64,000 nucleotides of DNA from Thermoanaerobaculia bacterium (GTDB lineage Bacteria; Acidobacteriota; Thermoanaerobaculia; Multivoradales; Multivoraceae), in contig OY761158.1 in assembly GCA_963664405.1 (NCBI GenBank), positions 5,536,001 through 5,600,000 of the forward strand, given 5' to 3'. A program made the position numbers and the translations under genes. Below are positions 37,610-47,122 of the stretch, piece by piece. The notes beneath the pieces are model-generated. The model searched no databases and was not told the origin of the DNA. It saw nothing but the letters and a program-made list of their open reading frames with translations. Position 1 is the stretch's first letter. Each line of letters begins with the position of its first letter.

Positions 37610-38259
37610 TGCGGATCGGAGTGATGGCGTTGCAGGGGGGATTCGCTCCTCACCTGAACGCCCTCACTCGTCTCGGCCACGAGGCGATCGAGATCCGGAC
37701 CGCGGGCGCACTCGAGGAGGCCGAAGGACTCGTTCTTCCCGGCGGCGAGTCGACCGCTCAGCTCGGCCTGCTCGAGCGCAGCGGTTTGCTCGTGTCATTG
37801 GAGGCTTGGCTCGACAGAGGTGGCCCGGTGCTCGCGACCTGTGCGGGGCTCATCGTGTTGGCGAGCCGGGTACGGAGTCCTAGCCCCGGAGGACGGACCT
37901 TCGGCCCGTCCTCGGGCCCAGCCCCACCTAAAAACTGCTCGCCTGCTGCGCAGGCTCCCAGTCAGCCGAGTCTAGGCCGGCTCGACGTCGAGGTTGAGCG
38001 CAACGCCTGGGGGCGCCAGATGCACAGTTTCGAAGCGGCGAGTGATCGCCATGGTCTACCGCTCGTATTCATCCGCGCACCTCGTATCACGCGGGTTGGC
38101 CCCGCTGCGGAGGTGCTCGACACTCTCGATGGTGAGCCGATCCTGGTGCGACAAGACGCGATCGTCGCCGCCACCTTCCACCCCGAGCTCACCGCTGATC
38201 TCGAGGTCGGCAGGATGGTGTTCGGTGAAGCCGTTCTGGCCCAGCGGGCTCAGGCGTAG
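37606..38259 (+). CDS. pdxT: PLP synthase glutaminase subunit carrying a 26-aa in-frame insertion
   Basis: ALQG, PGGEST, TCAG, RNAWGRQ, FIRAP, FHPE all intact. Confidence 0.93.
   Translation: MMRIGVMALQGGFAPHLNALTRLGHEAIEIRTAGALEEAEGLVLPGGESTAQLGLLERSGLLVSLEAWLDRGGPVLATCAGLIVLASRVRSPSPGGRTFGPSSGPAPPKNCSPAAQAPSQPSLGRLDVEVERNAWGRQMHSFEAASDRHGLPLVFIRAPRITRVGPAAEVLDTLDGEPILVRQDAIVAATFHPELTADLEVGRMVFGEAVLAQRAQA
37880..37961 (-). mobile_element. 78 bp twin-hairpin element, copy 2 (in frame inside pdxT)
   Basis: Reverse complement matches 6669-6750. Bounded on the + strand by CTAG (37880) and CCAG (37958), 78 nt apart. Confidence 0.85.
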
Positions 38260-38846
38260 TTCGCTTGCAGGAAGCGCTCGCAATTGCGACAGAAACGAAA
38301 ACCGCGAGTGTCGATGATCGCGCGGACGTAGCCTCGTTCGCCGAAGCGGTTGAAGTCGCCTTTGGTCATCGGGCAGTAGCCGCCGTCGGCCGCCCTGGCT
38401 TGGCCGTAGTGGTGCATCAACCCGAAGTTGTGGCCGATCTCGTGCAGGGCGACTTTGAGCAGGCGCGCGGTCGCGACGTCGGAGCTCCGCCCTTGTAGGC
38501 GTTTTGTCGAGACCACCGCGACATCGTTCGAGTTGTCTTTGCCACCGAACATGAAGTTCCAGAAGTCATCGCTGCTTCGATCCAAGAGATCGACCTCGGT
38601 GACACCGAGGATGTGCCCGCCGACCTCGAGGTTCAGCGACTTGGTGAGCAGGCCTGCGTCCAAACTCTCGACCGGAGGCGGGTCGTATTGGACGAGCTCC
38701 GTTTCGCTGATGATGTCGAGAAAGGACTCGCGAATTTTGGCGGCGAAGGCCTCGAACAGGAGGACGTTGAAGGGTTTGCCGACTCGTACCAGCTTGAGGC
38801 GGCTCAAGGCCTCTCGGGCCTTCCTCCTGCCCAGGTGCAGTGTCAC
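38250..38846 (-). CDS. Archaemetzincin-like Zn metalloprotease
   Basis: HEIGHNFGLMH zinc motif followed by CPM and FCRNC. Confidence 0.8.
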   Translation of the reverse strand: MTLHLGRRKAREALSRLKLVRVGKPFNVLLFEAFAAKIRESFLDIISETELVQYDPPPVESLDAGLLTKSLNLEVGGHILGVTEVDLLDRSSDDFWNFMFGGKDNSNDVAVVSTKRLQGRSSDVATARLLKVALHEIGHNFGLMHHYGQARAADGGYCPMTKGDFNRFGERGYVRAIIDTRGFRFCRNCERFLQANYA

Positions 38847-38905
38847 CTTCTCGATTGTAACTCGTTCATAGTCGAGAAGCTATGTGTCGGCATGGCGGCG
38901 AGGGT

Positions 38906-39874
38906 CTAGATCGGTGCTCTTGCAGTCTTCGCAGCGGTCTCGGGCAGTTGGACGTCGATGCCGACACAACTACTGCAGGCATTACCCTCATCGTGTTTGT
39001 GCTCGGCCAGGAGCCGGTCTTGGGTAGTTTGATAAACGGGCTCAGAGGAGCGCGGAGTGCGGACGTCGGTCCCTGGACCATCGGTGGAGAGAGGGGACTG
39101 CCGCCAGCTATTGTCCGGCGACCAAAGGCGACCCAAATCAGCCACGGTACCCGGCTCCTGAGCGCTACTGAAGAGGTCGAGAGCGCCGCGGACGATCGTC
39201 AGCTGATCTTCTGGGTCATTCGCCTTGCCGGAGGTGTGGCCGAGGGGATAGTCGACGAAGGCGGCGCGAGGGGGAGCGACCGCCCTGGTGATATCCAGTG
39301 CTGAAGTCAGCGAGGTGGTGGGGATGCCCCGCGCCTCGAGCTCTCTTGCGATCAGACCGACCGATTGGTGGCAGACCGGTCACACCGGAACCAGCAGCGC
39401 GAGCTCTGCTCCTTCTTCTGCGGCGGCATTAGCGATCGCCGGGGCGAGTTTTTCTCGCACGCTGCGCGAAGAATAGATGCCGCCCATGAACGTGAAGGCG
39501 TTGGCGGTCAGGCTACCGACCTCACCCTTTGCCGCCATCGTTCGCAGCGTGTCGATCGGGAAGACCACATTGGGGTCGCGTCGGGCGTCGCTGAGATCGT
39601 AGGCGAAGTGCGTTGCTCGGAGCCGCTCGGTGTCTACATCAGTAGGGACTAGACGAAAAGAGATGTCGTCTTTGAAGTGGAAGGCGATTTGGCCACTTAC
39701 ATAGATCCCGCCCGAAGCGATCAGCGCGATCCGGCTCTCGGCCAGGGGCTTGCGCGGGCGAGTAAAGGGTGGCGGCGCCTCGCTGTGCACCCAGCGGTAC
39801 GGAGGGTAGCCGAGCGCTGAGTAGGTTTCGAGGGTGGCGTCGATGTAATCGACGGGCTGTGAGGTCCGGCTCAC
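38906..39874 (-). CDS. Glycine/betaine/proline reductase selenoprotein B family protein; Sec (TGA) at 39382-39380
   Basis: Upstream part has GrdB/PrdB-like motifs (IASGG, DPNVVFP). Reading through TGA gives LLVPV-U-PVCHQSVGLIARELEARGIPT...PPRAAFVDYPLGH and stays open to 38906 (322 aa). Confidence 0.88.
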
Positions 39875-39940
39875 TCGATCGTCCTAGCGCCGATCAGGCC
39901 CCATCTGGCGCCCGCGGCGGTGACTTGTCCGGCGAAGGCA

Positions 39941-40753
39941 TCAGCCACCGGCGGCATCGGCCTTTGCGTCTCCGTCCGGTCCCTTCTCCAGCATGTCTTC
40001 AATCATGGCCTTGAATGCAGTGATGGGCTGAGCGCCTCGCAGTTGTTGGGTGACCTTGACCTTGCCCGTGTCGTCCACCCAGCCCAACAGAAAGGTGGGA
40101 GTGGCACTGACTCCGGCGCGCCGCGCCGTAAGCAGGTCTCCGTTCACACGCTCCTTTTGCCCCTGCTCCAAGCAGGATGCGAACTGGCCCTGGTCGAGGC
40201 CTACTTGCTGGGCGTAGCCGGGAAGGTTTTCCGGCTGGAGCTTGGTGTAATTGGCAAAGAGCAGGTCGTGCATCTCCCAATATTTGCCGCCGGCCTGGGC
40301 GCAGGCAGCCGCCTCAGCCGCCTTGAAGGCAAACGGGTGATTGCCGAGAGGGAAATCCATCACCGCGTAACGCACTTTGCCGGTCTTGATGTAGGTCTCT
40401 TCGATCTGCGGGTACGTCTCACGGACGTAGCGAGCGCAGTACGGTCATTGGTAGTCCAGGAACTCGATCACTGCGAGCTGTGCATTCACCGCCCCCTTTA
40501 CCGGCTTGCCGGCGAGGTCGAGGGTGGTATTGGGGGGCACCCCTTGGGGGCGCTTGGCCGGCTGCGTTGGGCGCTGGCTCACAAGCTGCTTGATCTCTTG
40601 CAGGGTCCGCTGGATCGCCTGCTGACCCTGCCTCAGCGCGTCGATCTGCTGCTGAAGGTCGGAGGCATCTTGGCCCTGTTGAGCCACTGCAGAGACCGGA
40701 ATCAGAGTCGCCGCGATCGCGGTCGCCGCCATTCGTTTCGAGATTGTTTGCAC
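39941..40753 (-). CDS. Exported DsbA/thioredoxin-fold selenoprotein; Sec (TGA) at 40447-40445
   Basis: GAVNAQLAVIEFLDYQ-U-PYC continues in frame into DFPL..H..A..AAEAA.CA..GKYWEMHDLLF and the cis-Pro loop ATPTF. GTG start with AGGAG RBS and a signal peptide. Confidence 0.9.
40406..40444 (-). promoter_or_regulatory. SECIS-like hairpin of the DsbA-like gene
   Basis: After TGA: CTGCG...TACGTC-CGTGA-GACGTA...CGCAG; the apical loop starts 21 nt after the TGA with G at loop position 2. Confidence 0.7.
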
Positions 40754-40977
40754 GAGTCTCTCCTCGGTTTGGCTGTCGGCTCCCAATGCCGACTGATGCG
40801 CATTGCGCAGAGGCAGGCTACACCACCTCGCAATAATTAGGCTTCTAGACCCTTGAAATTCGAAAAAGGAATCCCACCTCTAGAATGAAGAGAGAGGGAG
40901 AGGAGGAGGGTCTAGGCCGCCCTCCTCTCGGGGTGTCAATCCGGAGTGTCAGGTCCTGTCTTCGGCTACGACGACTG

Positions 40978-42198
40978 TTAGCCCTCCGTGGTTGGCGCAT
41001 GCTGTTGCGCGTCGAGCGCCTCCTGCGACGGCGGCAGCGTCGGCTCGCGTCCTCTCGTTACGTTGAACGGCTCGGTGTCGATCTCGTCGAGCTTCAGCTC
41101 TCCGGCCAGGACCGCCCGCTTCCACTGTTGGTGCTCTCCCTCTCTGTCGTGGAATTCCGGCATCACCTCGCGCGCAAAGAGCTCGAGGCTGGAACAGATG
41201 TCTTTGTGACTGTTTCTTCCCGCTTGGTTGAGCAGGATCACCTGGTCGACGTTGGCCTGCTCGAGCTCCGCTAGGCGCTCGCGCACGGTCGCGGGCGAAC
41301 CGATGAGCTCGCTACCGCTGCGTTGCGATCCCGCCTCCGTTTTCTTCCACTCCTGGTAGCGCTCCCAGAAGTTGACCTCTCCCGGAGCGAAGGGGCCCTC
41401 CTTGGCGTAGAGCTGCAGGCTGAACTGAAAGAAGGTCCAGCCGTCGGATTTGCGCTGTGCCTCTTCGTCCGTTTCTGCGCACATGAAACCGGCGACCACG
41501 GCGATATTCGGGTTGGTCGCATAGTCACAGAGCTTCTCTTGATCGGTGGTGAAGATGTTGTAGTAGGAATGGACCCAGGCTCTGGCAGAGTCGAGATCCA
41601 CGAACTTGAAGCACAGAGCTCCCATACCGCGGTGCGCGGCGTATTTGATCGTGTCGAGCTGGGAGCAAGCGACCCAAAGCGGCGGGTGTGGCTTCTGCAG
41701 CGGCTTGGGGATCACATTGCGGAGAGGAAAGTCGAAGTAGTGGCCGTGGAACTCCCAACCGTTCTCCCAGAACATCGGTAGGCAGGCGCGTACGGCTTCC
41801 TCCCAGACGATGCGCTTGTCGCGAAACTTCCGGCCGAAGGGGTGGAGCTCGGTCACACTCGCGCCTTCGCCTAGGCCCAGGTCGACTCGTCCGTTGCTTA
41901 CCAGATCGAGGGTCGAGACCCGCTCGGCGACGCGGGCCGGGTGGTTGGTGGTGAGCTGAACGATGCCGTGGCCGAGGCGAATGTTCTTGGTGCGCTGGCT
42001 GGCCGCGGCGAGGAAGACCTCCGGAGCGGAGGAGTGGGAGTACTCTTCGAGAAAGTGGTGCTCGACTTCCCATGCGTAGTCGTAGCCGAGCTCGTCGGCG
42101 AGGGCGATCTGCTCGAGCGAGTCCTGGATGAGAGTGTGCTCGCTGTCGGGGCCCCAGGGCCGGGGTAATTGATGCTCGTAGAAGATGCCGAACTTCAT
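40978..42198 (-). CDS. LLM-class flavin-dependent oxidoreductase
   Basis: MKFGIFYEHQLPRPW, WEVEHHFLEEYSH, PKPLQKPHPPLWVA. Confidence 0.92.
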   Translation of the reverse strand: MKFGIFYEHQLPRPWGPDSEHTLIQDSLEQIALADELGYDYAWEVEHHFLEEYSHSSAPEVFLAAASQRTKNIRLGHGIVQLTTNHPARVAERVSTLDLVSNGRVDLGLGEGASVTELHPFGRKFRDKRIVWEEAVRACLPMFWENGWEFHGHYFDFPLRNVIPKPLQKPHPPLWVACSQLDTIKYAAHRGMGALCFKFVDLDSARAWVHSYYNIFTTDQEKLCDYATNPNIAVVAGFMCAETDEEAQRKSDGWTFFQFSLQLYAKEGPFAPGEVNFWERYQEWKKTEAGSQRSGSELIGSPATVRERLAELEQANVDQVILLNQAGRNSHKDICSSLELFAREVMPEFHDREGEHQQWKRAVLAGELKLDEIDTEPFNVTRGREPTLPPSQEALDAQQHAPTTEG

Positions 42199-42257
42199 GC
42201 TCTCGCCTCCAGCGGTCGTCGCATTGTGCCAAAAGCGTATCCCATCCAGCTTCCGGG

Positions 42258-42424
42258 CTAGACCAGTCGTTTCCAAAGTTCGCGCCACCTATCTCGGCCC
42301 CTTCTGCCCGCTGGCGGCGTTGCACCTTCTCGACAGATTCCCAATATGCCTGCGTCGGCGCGCCTTGCCAGCGAACAGAATGACCTCGAGCTATGCGACT
42401 CGAACTTCGGAAACGCTGGTCTAG
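42258..42424. mobile_element. Palindromic MITE-like element, family A copy 2
   Basis: CTAGACCAGTCGTTTCCAAAGTTCG ... CGAACTTCGGAAACGCTGGTCTAG; reverse orientation relative to A1; 167 bp. Confidence 0.88.
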
Positions 42425-42499
42425 TGAGGGAAGCCGAGCCCATTTGGCGGCCGAGCCGTCGATTCGTCAACGTCGAGCGAGACCGAGGCTAGACTCTCG

Positions 42500-43888
42500 A
42501 TGAGAAGGGACGACGGGGTGCAAGATTTGATCGAGTATCTGAGTGGCGAGCAGCAGCGCTTTCGCGCCGAGCTGATGGACTTTCTGCGCATTCCGAGTGT
42601 GTCTTCCCTGCCGGAGCACACGAAAGACGTGGCCAGTGCTTCGAGCTGGGTAGCCAGACGCCTCGAAACAGCGGGCATCGGAGGCATCGAGATCCTGGAG
42701 ACCGGCGGCCACCCCGTGGTCACAGGGGGGTGGCATGGAGCTCCGGGGAATCTGACGGTGCTGATCTATGGCCATTTCGATGTGCAGCCGGTGGACCCGA
42801 TCGAGGAATGGAGCCACCCGCCCTTCCAGCCGGTGCTCGAGGACGGGCGCATCTATGCGCGGGGAGCCTCCGACGACAAGGGAAATATGTTGATTCCCAT
42901 CTTGGCGGTGGAGGCTCTTTTTGCTGTGCACCAGCGGCTGCCTCTGAATGTGAAGTTCTTTTTCGAGGGCCAAGAGGAGATCGGTAGCCCGCAGCTCCCT
43001 TCCTTCCTGGCTCGGGAGCGCGAGCGATTCGCCTGCGACCTGGTGATCAGCGCGGATGGCGGCCAGTGGGGTGAGGACCAGCCAAGCTTGCTGGTTGCCA
43101 CCAAGGGACTCGCCGCCTCCGAGCTGCATGTTCGGGGACCGAATCAAGATCTGCACTCTGGGCTCTACGGGGGGGCGGTGCAGAACCCTCTTCATGGTCT
43201 GGTGCAGATGCTGGACTCACTCCACGATGCGAACGGACGAATTCTGGTCGAGGGGTTCTATGACGACGTTGTCGAGCTCAGCGAGGAAGATCGCCGTCTG
43301 ATGGCCGCCGTTCCCCAGGACGACGAGGAGATTCGCCGGCACCTCGGTGTCGAAGCGCTCTTCGGCGAGGTCGGTTTCACCACCCTCGAACGCCAATGGG
43401 GCCGCCCGACCTTGGAGCTCAATGGCATCTCGGGCGGTTTTCAGGGCGAGGGGACGAAGACGGTGATTCCTCGCTCGGCCAGTGCCAAGATCACCTGCCG
43501 GCTGGTTGCCGATCAGGACCCGCAGCGGATCAACGGGCTGATCGCCGAGCACCTTCGCCGCCACACTCCACCCGGCGTCGAGGCCGAGCTTGTGGCTTCA
43601 GAGTCGATGGCTCACCCTTATCGGATACCCCCGGACCACTGGAGCAGGGAAGTGGCGACTTCGGTGCTTCGGCAAGTCTACGATCGAGAGCCTTACACCA
43701 TCCGTACGGGCGGCAGCATCCCGGTGTGCTCCCTCTTCAAGAAAGAGCTTGGCGCCGAGACGCTGATCTTCGCGTTTGCTCTCCCCGACGAGCGCTTTCA
43801 CGCCCCCGATGAGTTCTTTCGCCTGGCGAGCTTCGAGAAGGGGCAACGGGCCTGGTGTCTTCTTCTCGACGAGTTGGCGAGGGCCTGA
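42500..43888 (+). CDS. M20 family dipeptidase
   Basis: YGHFDVQP, ARGASDDKG, EGQEEIGS, DLHSG, GGSIP, HAPDE. Confidence 0.92.
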   Translation: MRRDDGVQDLIEYLSGEQQRFRAELMDFLRIPSVSSLPEHTKDVASASSWVARRLETAGIGGIEILETGGHPVVTGGWHGAPGNLTVLIYGHFDVQPVDPIEEWSHPPFQPVLEDGRIYARGASDDKGNMLIPILAVEALFAVHQRLPLNVKFFFEGQEEIGSPQLPSFLARERERFACDLVISADGGQWGEDQPSLLVATKGLAASELHVRGPNQDLHSGLYGGAVQNPLHGLVQMLDSLHDANGRILVEGFYDDVVELSEEDRRLMAAVPQDDEEIRRHLGVEALFGEVGFTTLERQWGRPTLELNGISGGFQGEGTKTVIPRSASAKITCRLVADQDPQRINGLIAEHLRRHTPPGVEAELVASESMAHPYRIPPDHWSREVATSVLRQVYDREPYTIRTGGSIPVCSLFKKELGAETLIFAFALPDERFHAPDEFFRLASFEKGQRAWCLLLDELARA

Positions 43889-44073
43889 GGGTGTCTGGCC
43901 CCCCCCCCTTTCGGATAGGCCCAGTTTGCGCTATGGTGGGCTGAACTGTTGACTTATTGCCGAAGTAGTTGAGCCTGATTGATCTACCCCCGGTTGCCGA
44001 ATGTGCCAAGCACTAGGCTGGTGTGTAGCGGTCGAGGCTCGTCTCCTGTACGAGCTCGGTGAGAGGTGCTGAT

Positions 44074-44685
44074 ATGGAGCAGATAGTGAAGCCTGTTTCG
44101 AGACGACGCTTCATCCAAGGTGTCATAGCCGGCGGAGCCTCCGCCTACGGCGCGAGCTACCTTTTCCGCCAGGGCGGGGGAGTGCATGCGCAACCTGCCG
44201 CCGGCGCCGCAGAGCGGCTGGTCACTCTGAGGGTGAATGGCCAAGAACGCCGCGTCGATGTGCTCCCCCAGGAGCAGCTTGCGATGACCTTGCGCTACAA
44301 GCTGGGATTGACCGGCACCAAGCTGGGGTGTGATCGAGCGGAGTGCGGTGCCTGCACAGTACTCCTCGACGGTAAGCCTCACTACAGCTGCTCGATCCTG
44401 ACCCAGATGGTTCGGGGCCGCGAAATAACCACGGTCGAAGGCCTCGCCGCGGCGGATGGCACCTTGCATCCGGTGCAGCAGGCGGTGGTCGACGAGGCCG
44501 GCTTTCAATGTGCTTTTTGCGCGCCGGGTTTCATTATGACGATGGTCGCGACCTTGGAGGAGAATCCGAATCGCAGTCGCGAGGACATGCGCCAAGCGCT
44601 TTCCGGCAACCTGTGCCGCTGTGCGGACTACAACAAGATCCTGAACAGCGCGATGCGTGCCGCCGAGTACGTACAGAGGAGCTGA
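44074..44685 (+). CDS. Tat-exported [2Fe-2S] subunit, xanthine dehydrogenase family (PaoA-like)
   Basis: SRRRFI twin-arginine signal; GCDRAECGAC, QCAFC, NLCRC. Confidence 0.92.
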   Translation: MEQIVKPVSRRRFIQGVIAGGASAYGASYLFRQGGGVHAQPAAGAAERLVTLRVNGQERRVDVLPQEQLAMTLRYKLGLTGTKLGCDRAECGACTVLLDGKPHYSCSILTQMVRGREITTVEGLAAADGTLHPVQQAVVDEAGFQCAFCAPGFIMTMVATLEENPNRSREDMRQALSGNLCRCADYNKILNSAMRAAEYVQRS

Positions 44686-44686
44686 T

Positions 44687-47107
44687 ATGGCTAGGACTTA
44701 TCACGGAACCGACTACACCCCTCCCGACCACTACGCCAAGGTGACGGGCCAGGCCCGCTACGCCGAAGACTGGCGCGCCGAGGGCATGATCTTCGCCAAA
44801 TGCCTGCTCAGCCCGATGCCCCATGCGCGAGTGCGGAGTATCGACGCCGCCGAGGCCTTGGCGATGCCAGGGGTTCACGCCATCCTCACCGAGGAAGATC
44901 TGCCCGAGCATGACGACTTGGCCGAGACCTGCGTCACCAACGAGCCTCTCTATGAGGGTGAGGCGATTCTTGCAGTTGCCGCCGACAACGAATGGATCGC
45001 GGCGAACGCGATCGAGAAGATCAAAGTAGATCTCGAGCCACTTCCCTTTGCGCTCGATCCGCTCCAGAGTCTCCGCCGCGGAGGCTCCAACGCACGGACT
45101 GATGGCAATACCATCATCCGCGAGACACCGGAGGGTGGTGGGCGCCCGACGATGGCGGTGAAGGACACGAAGTGGGACGAGGGGCTCTTCGTCGATCCCG
45201 GACGCCTGCCGATGGGCGAGCCGCAAGGTGAGTGGACCGTCGGTGATATCGACAAGGGCTTCGAGGAGGCGACTCTGATCCTCGACGAGGCGCTCTACCA
45301 TCAAAACGTGACCCATCACCCGCTCGAGCCGAGAAGCTGTATGGCTTATTGGCAGAACGGCAAACTCTTTATCCACCCCTCGACCCAGAGCACTTCGATG
45401 ACGACCGGTGCGGTCGCGAGTCAGGTGGGAGTATCGCCGGATCAGGTCGTCGTCATCGCCGAGTACTGCGGCGGTGGCTTCGGCTCCAAGATCCGCGGAA
45501 CCGTCAATATGGCGATCTCGGCGTTGTTGGCGAAGAAGACCGGGCGACCGGTGATGCATCGCATAACTCGTTACGAAGAGAACTACATGGGGCGAGCCCG
45601 CCCTGGTTTCCAGGCTCAAGCGAAGATGGGCTTCCGCGACGACGGCCGACTGGTCGCCCTCGATCTCTACATCATTCAGGACAACGGTCCTTACGGGATC
45701 TCGGGAGACTATGGCGCTGCCGGATCGATCGCATCGCTTTCCTATCAGCCGGTCAACATGCGCTGGCGCGGTGTTTCTGTGCTCACCAACACGCCGCCGC
45801 GTGCCGCTCAGCGGGCTCCCGGCGGAGAGCAGATAACCACGATGCTCGAGCCTCTCTTCGATCGAGCAGCGGAGAAGCTGGGTGTCGATCGGCTCCAGAT
45901 GCGTCGAATCAATGCCCCAGACTCCGACTCCAAGTTCCAGGCCAACCAGGCGACGCTGACCAGCGCTCTTGCCCGAGAGGCGATCGACAAGATGGAAGAG
46001 CTGGTCGATTGGAAGGAAGCCTCGAAGCTCTCACGCACCCGCAAGGGCTCGAAGGTCACCGGAGTCGGAGTGGCCTTGTCGAGCTACTCGGCAGGGTCGT
46101 TCGGCTACGACGGGCTGATGGTTCTCAAGGCGGACGGCACTCTGACCGTGTACACCGGGGCTGGGAATCTAGGTACCCATTCCATTTCCGACACGGCGCG
46201 GACGGCGGCCGAGGTACTCGACATGCCTTGGGAGCATTGCGAGGTCGTGTGGGGTAACACCGCAAAGCACCTGCCGTGGACCTCGGTCCAGGCCGGAAGC
46301 CAGACCACCCACGCGAGCACCCGCTCCGTTCACGCGGCCTCCACCGATCTCAAGCGCAAGCTTCAGGAGATCGCGGCCAAGGATCTCGGCGGCTCCCCGG
46401 AGCAATACGAGGTCGGCGACGAACGGGTCTACCGCAAGGGCAACCGCGGTCGGGGCATGACCTTTGCGGACGCCGCCAAGCGAGCGATCGAGATCGGCGG
46501 TAAATTCGACGGTCACGAGCTGCCCGAAGACATCAACAAGATGACGACGACGTCAGCCACCGCACTTGCCGGGCAGGGGCTGATGGGTGTTGCCAAGGAC
46601 AACTACGAGCGCGCCGGCCAGGTGCGCTCCTTCGTGGTCGGCTACGCCCGCGTCGAGATCGACACCGAGACCGGCGATGTGGACATCGTCGACTATGCTG
46701 CCACCGCCGATTGTGGCAGGGTGATGAACCCGCGCAGTCTCGGCGGCCAGGTGCACGGTGGCGGGGTGCAGGGCATGGGCATCGTTCTTGGTCAGAAGTG
46801 GGTCTTCGATCCCCAGTGGGGAGTGCCTTTTTCCCACCGTTTCTACACCGCAAGGCCGCCTACGATCCTCGACGTGCCGATCGAGATGAAGGCGGCTTAC
46901 GTCGACATACCGGACCCGCATACTCCAGTTGGAGCGAAGGGGATCGGTGAACCGCCGGTGGGGGCAGGCTCTGGAGCGGTGGCTTGCGCCATCCAAGACG
47001 CCCTCGGCGGGCATGCCTTCAACCGTACGCCGATCATGAGCGACATGATCCTCAACGTTCTGGAAGGACGGCCGAGCTCCTACAAGCCGTTCACCACAAA
47101 CACTTGA
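44687..47107 (+). CDS. Molybdopterin-binding subunit, xanthine dehydrogenase family (PaoC-like)
   Basis: KVTGQARY, GGGFGSK, QRAPG, GQVHGG..QG, KGIGEPP. Confidence 0.93.
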   Translation: MARTYHGTDYTPPDHYAKVTGQARYAEDWRAEGMIFAKCLLSPMPHARVRSIDAAEALAMPGVHAILTEEDLPEHDDLAETCVTNEPLYEGEAILAVAADNEWIAANAIEKIKVDLEPLPFALDPLQSLRRGGSNARTDGNTIIRETPEGGGRPTMAVKDTKWDEGLFVDPGRLPMGEPQGEWTVGDIDKGFEEATLILDEALYHQNVTHHPLEPRSCMAYWQNGKLFIHPSTQSTSMTTGAVASQVGVSPDQVVVIAEYCGGGFGSKIRGTVNMAISALLAKKTGRPVMHRITRYEENYMGRARPGFQAQAKMGFRDDGRLVALDLYIIQDNGPYGISGDYGAAGSIASLSYQPVNMRWRGVSVLTNTPPRAAQRAPGGEQITTMLEPLFDRAAEKLGVDRLQMRRINAPDSDSKFQANQATLTSALAREAIDKMEELVDWKEASKLSRTRKGSKVTGVGVALSSYSAGSFGYDGLMVLKADGTLTVYTGAGNLGTHSISDTARTAAEVLDMPWEHCEVVWGNTAKHLPWTSVQAGSQTTHASTRSVHAASTDLKRKLQEIAAKDLGGSPEQYEVGDERVYRKGNRGRGMTFADAAKRAIEIGGKFDGHELPEDINKMTTTSATALAGQGLMGVAKDNYERAGQVRSFVVGYARVEIDTETGDVDIVDYAATADCGRVMNPRSLGGQVHGGGVQGMGIVLGQKWVFDPQWGVPFSHRFYTARPPTILDVPIEMKAAYVDIPDPHTPVGAKGIGEPPVGAGSGAVACAIQDALGGHAFNRTPIMSDMILNVLEGRPSSYKPFTTNT

Positions 47108-47122
47108 TCGGAGGAGTGAGCA

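Noticed and set aside
38882-40840. Plus-strand ORFs 38882-39304 and 39920-40840, and treating the split minus-strand ORFs as pseudogenes
   Set aside because: The plus ORFs are antisense shadows. The TGAs fall at catalytic Cys positions with downstream hairpins, favouring selenocysteine.
40845-40930. Another CTAG-bounded MITE (CTAGACCCT...AGGGTCTAG)
   Set aside because: Only a 9 bp inverted repeat, no shared core and no second copy. More likely promoter or terminator sequence.
43888-43910. Poly-C tract as a phase-variation site
   Set aside because: Intergenic and part of a short GC hairpin after the dipeptidase stop; no evidence of length variation.
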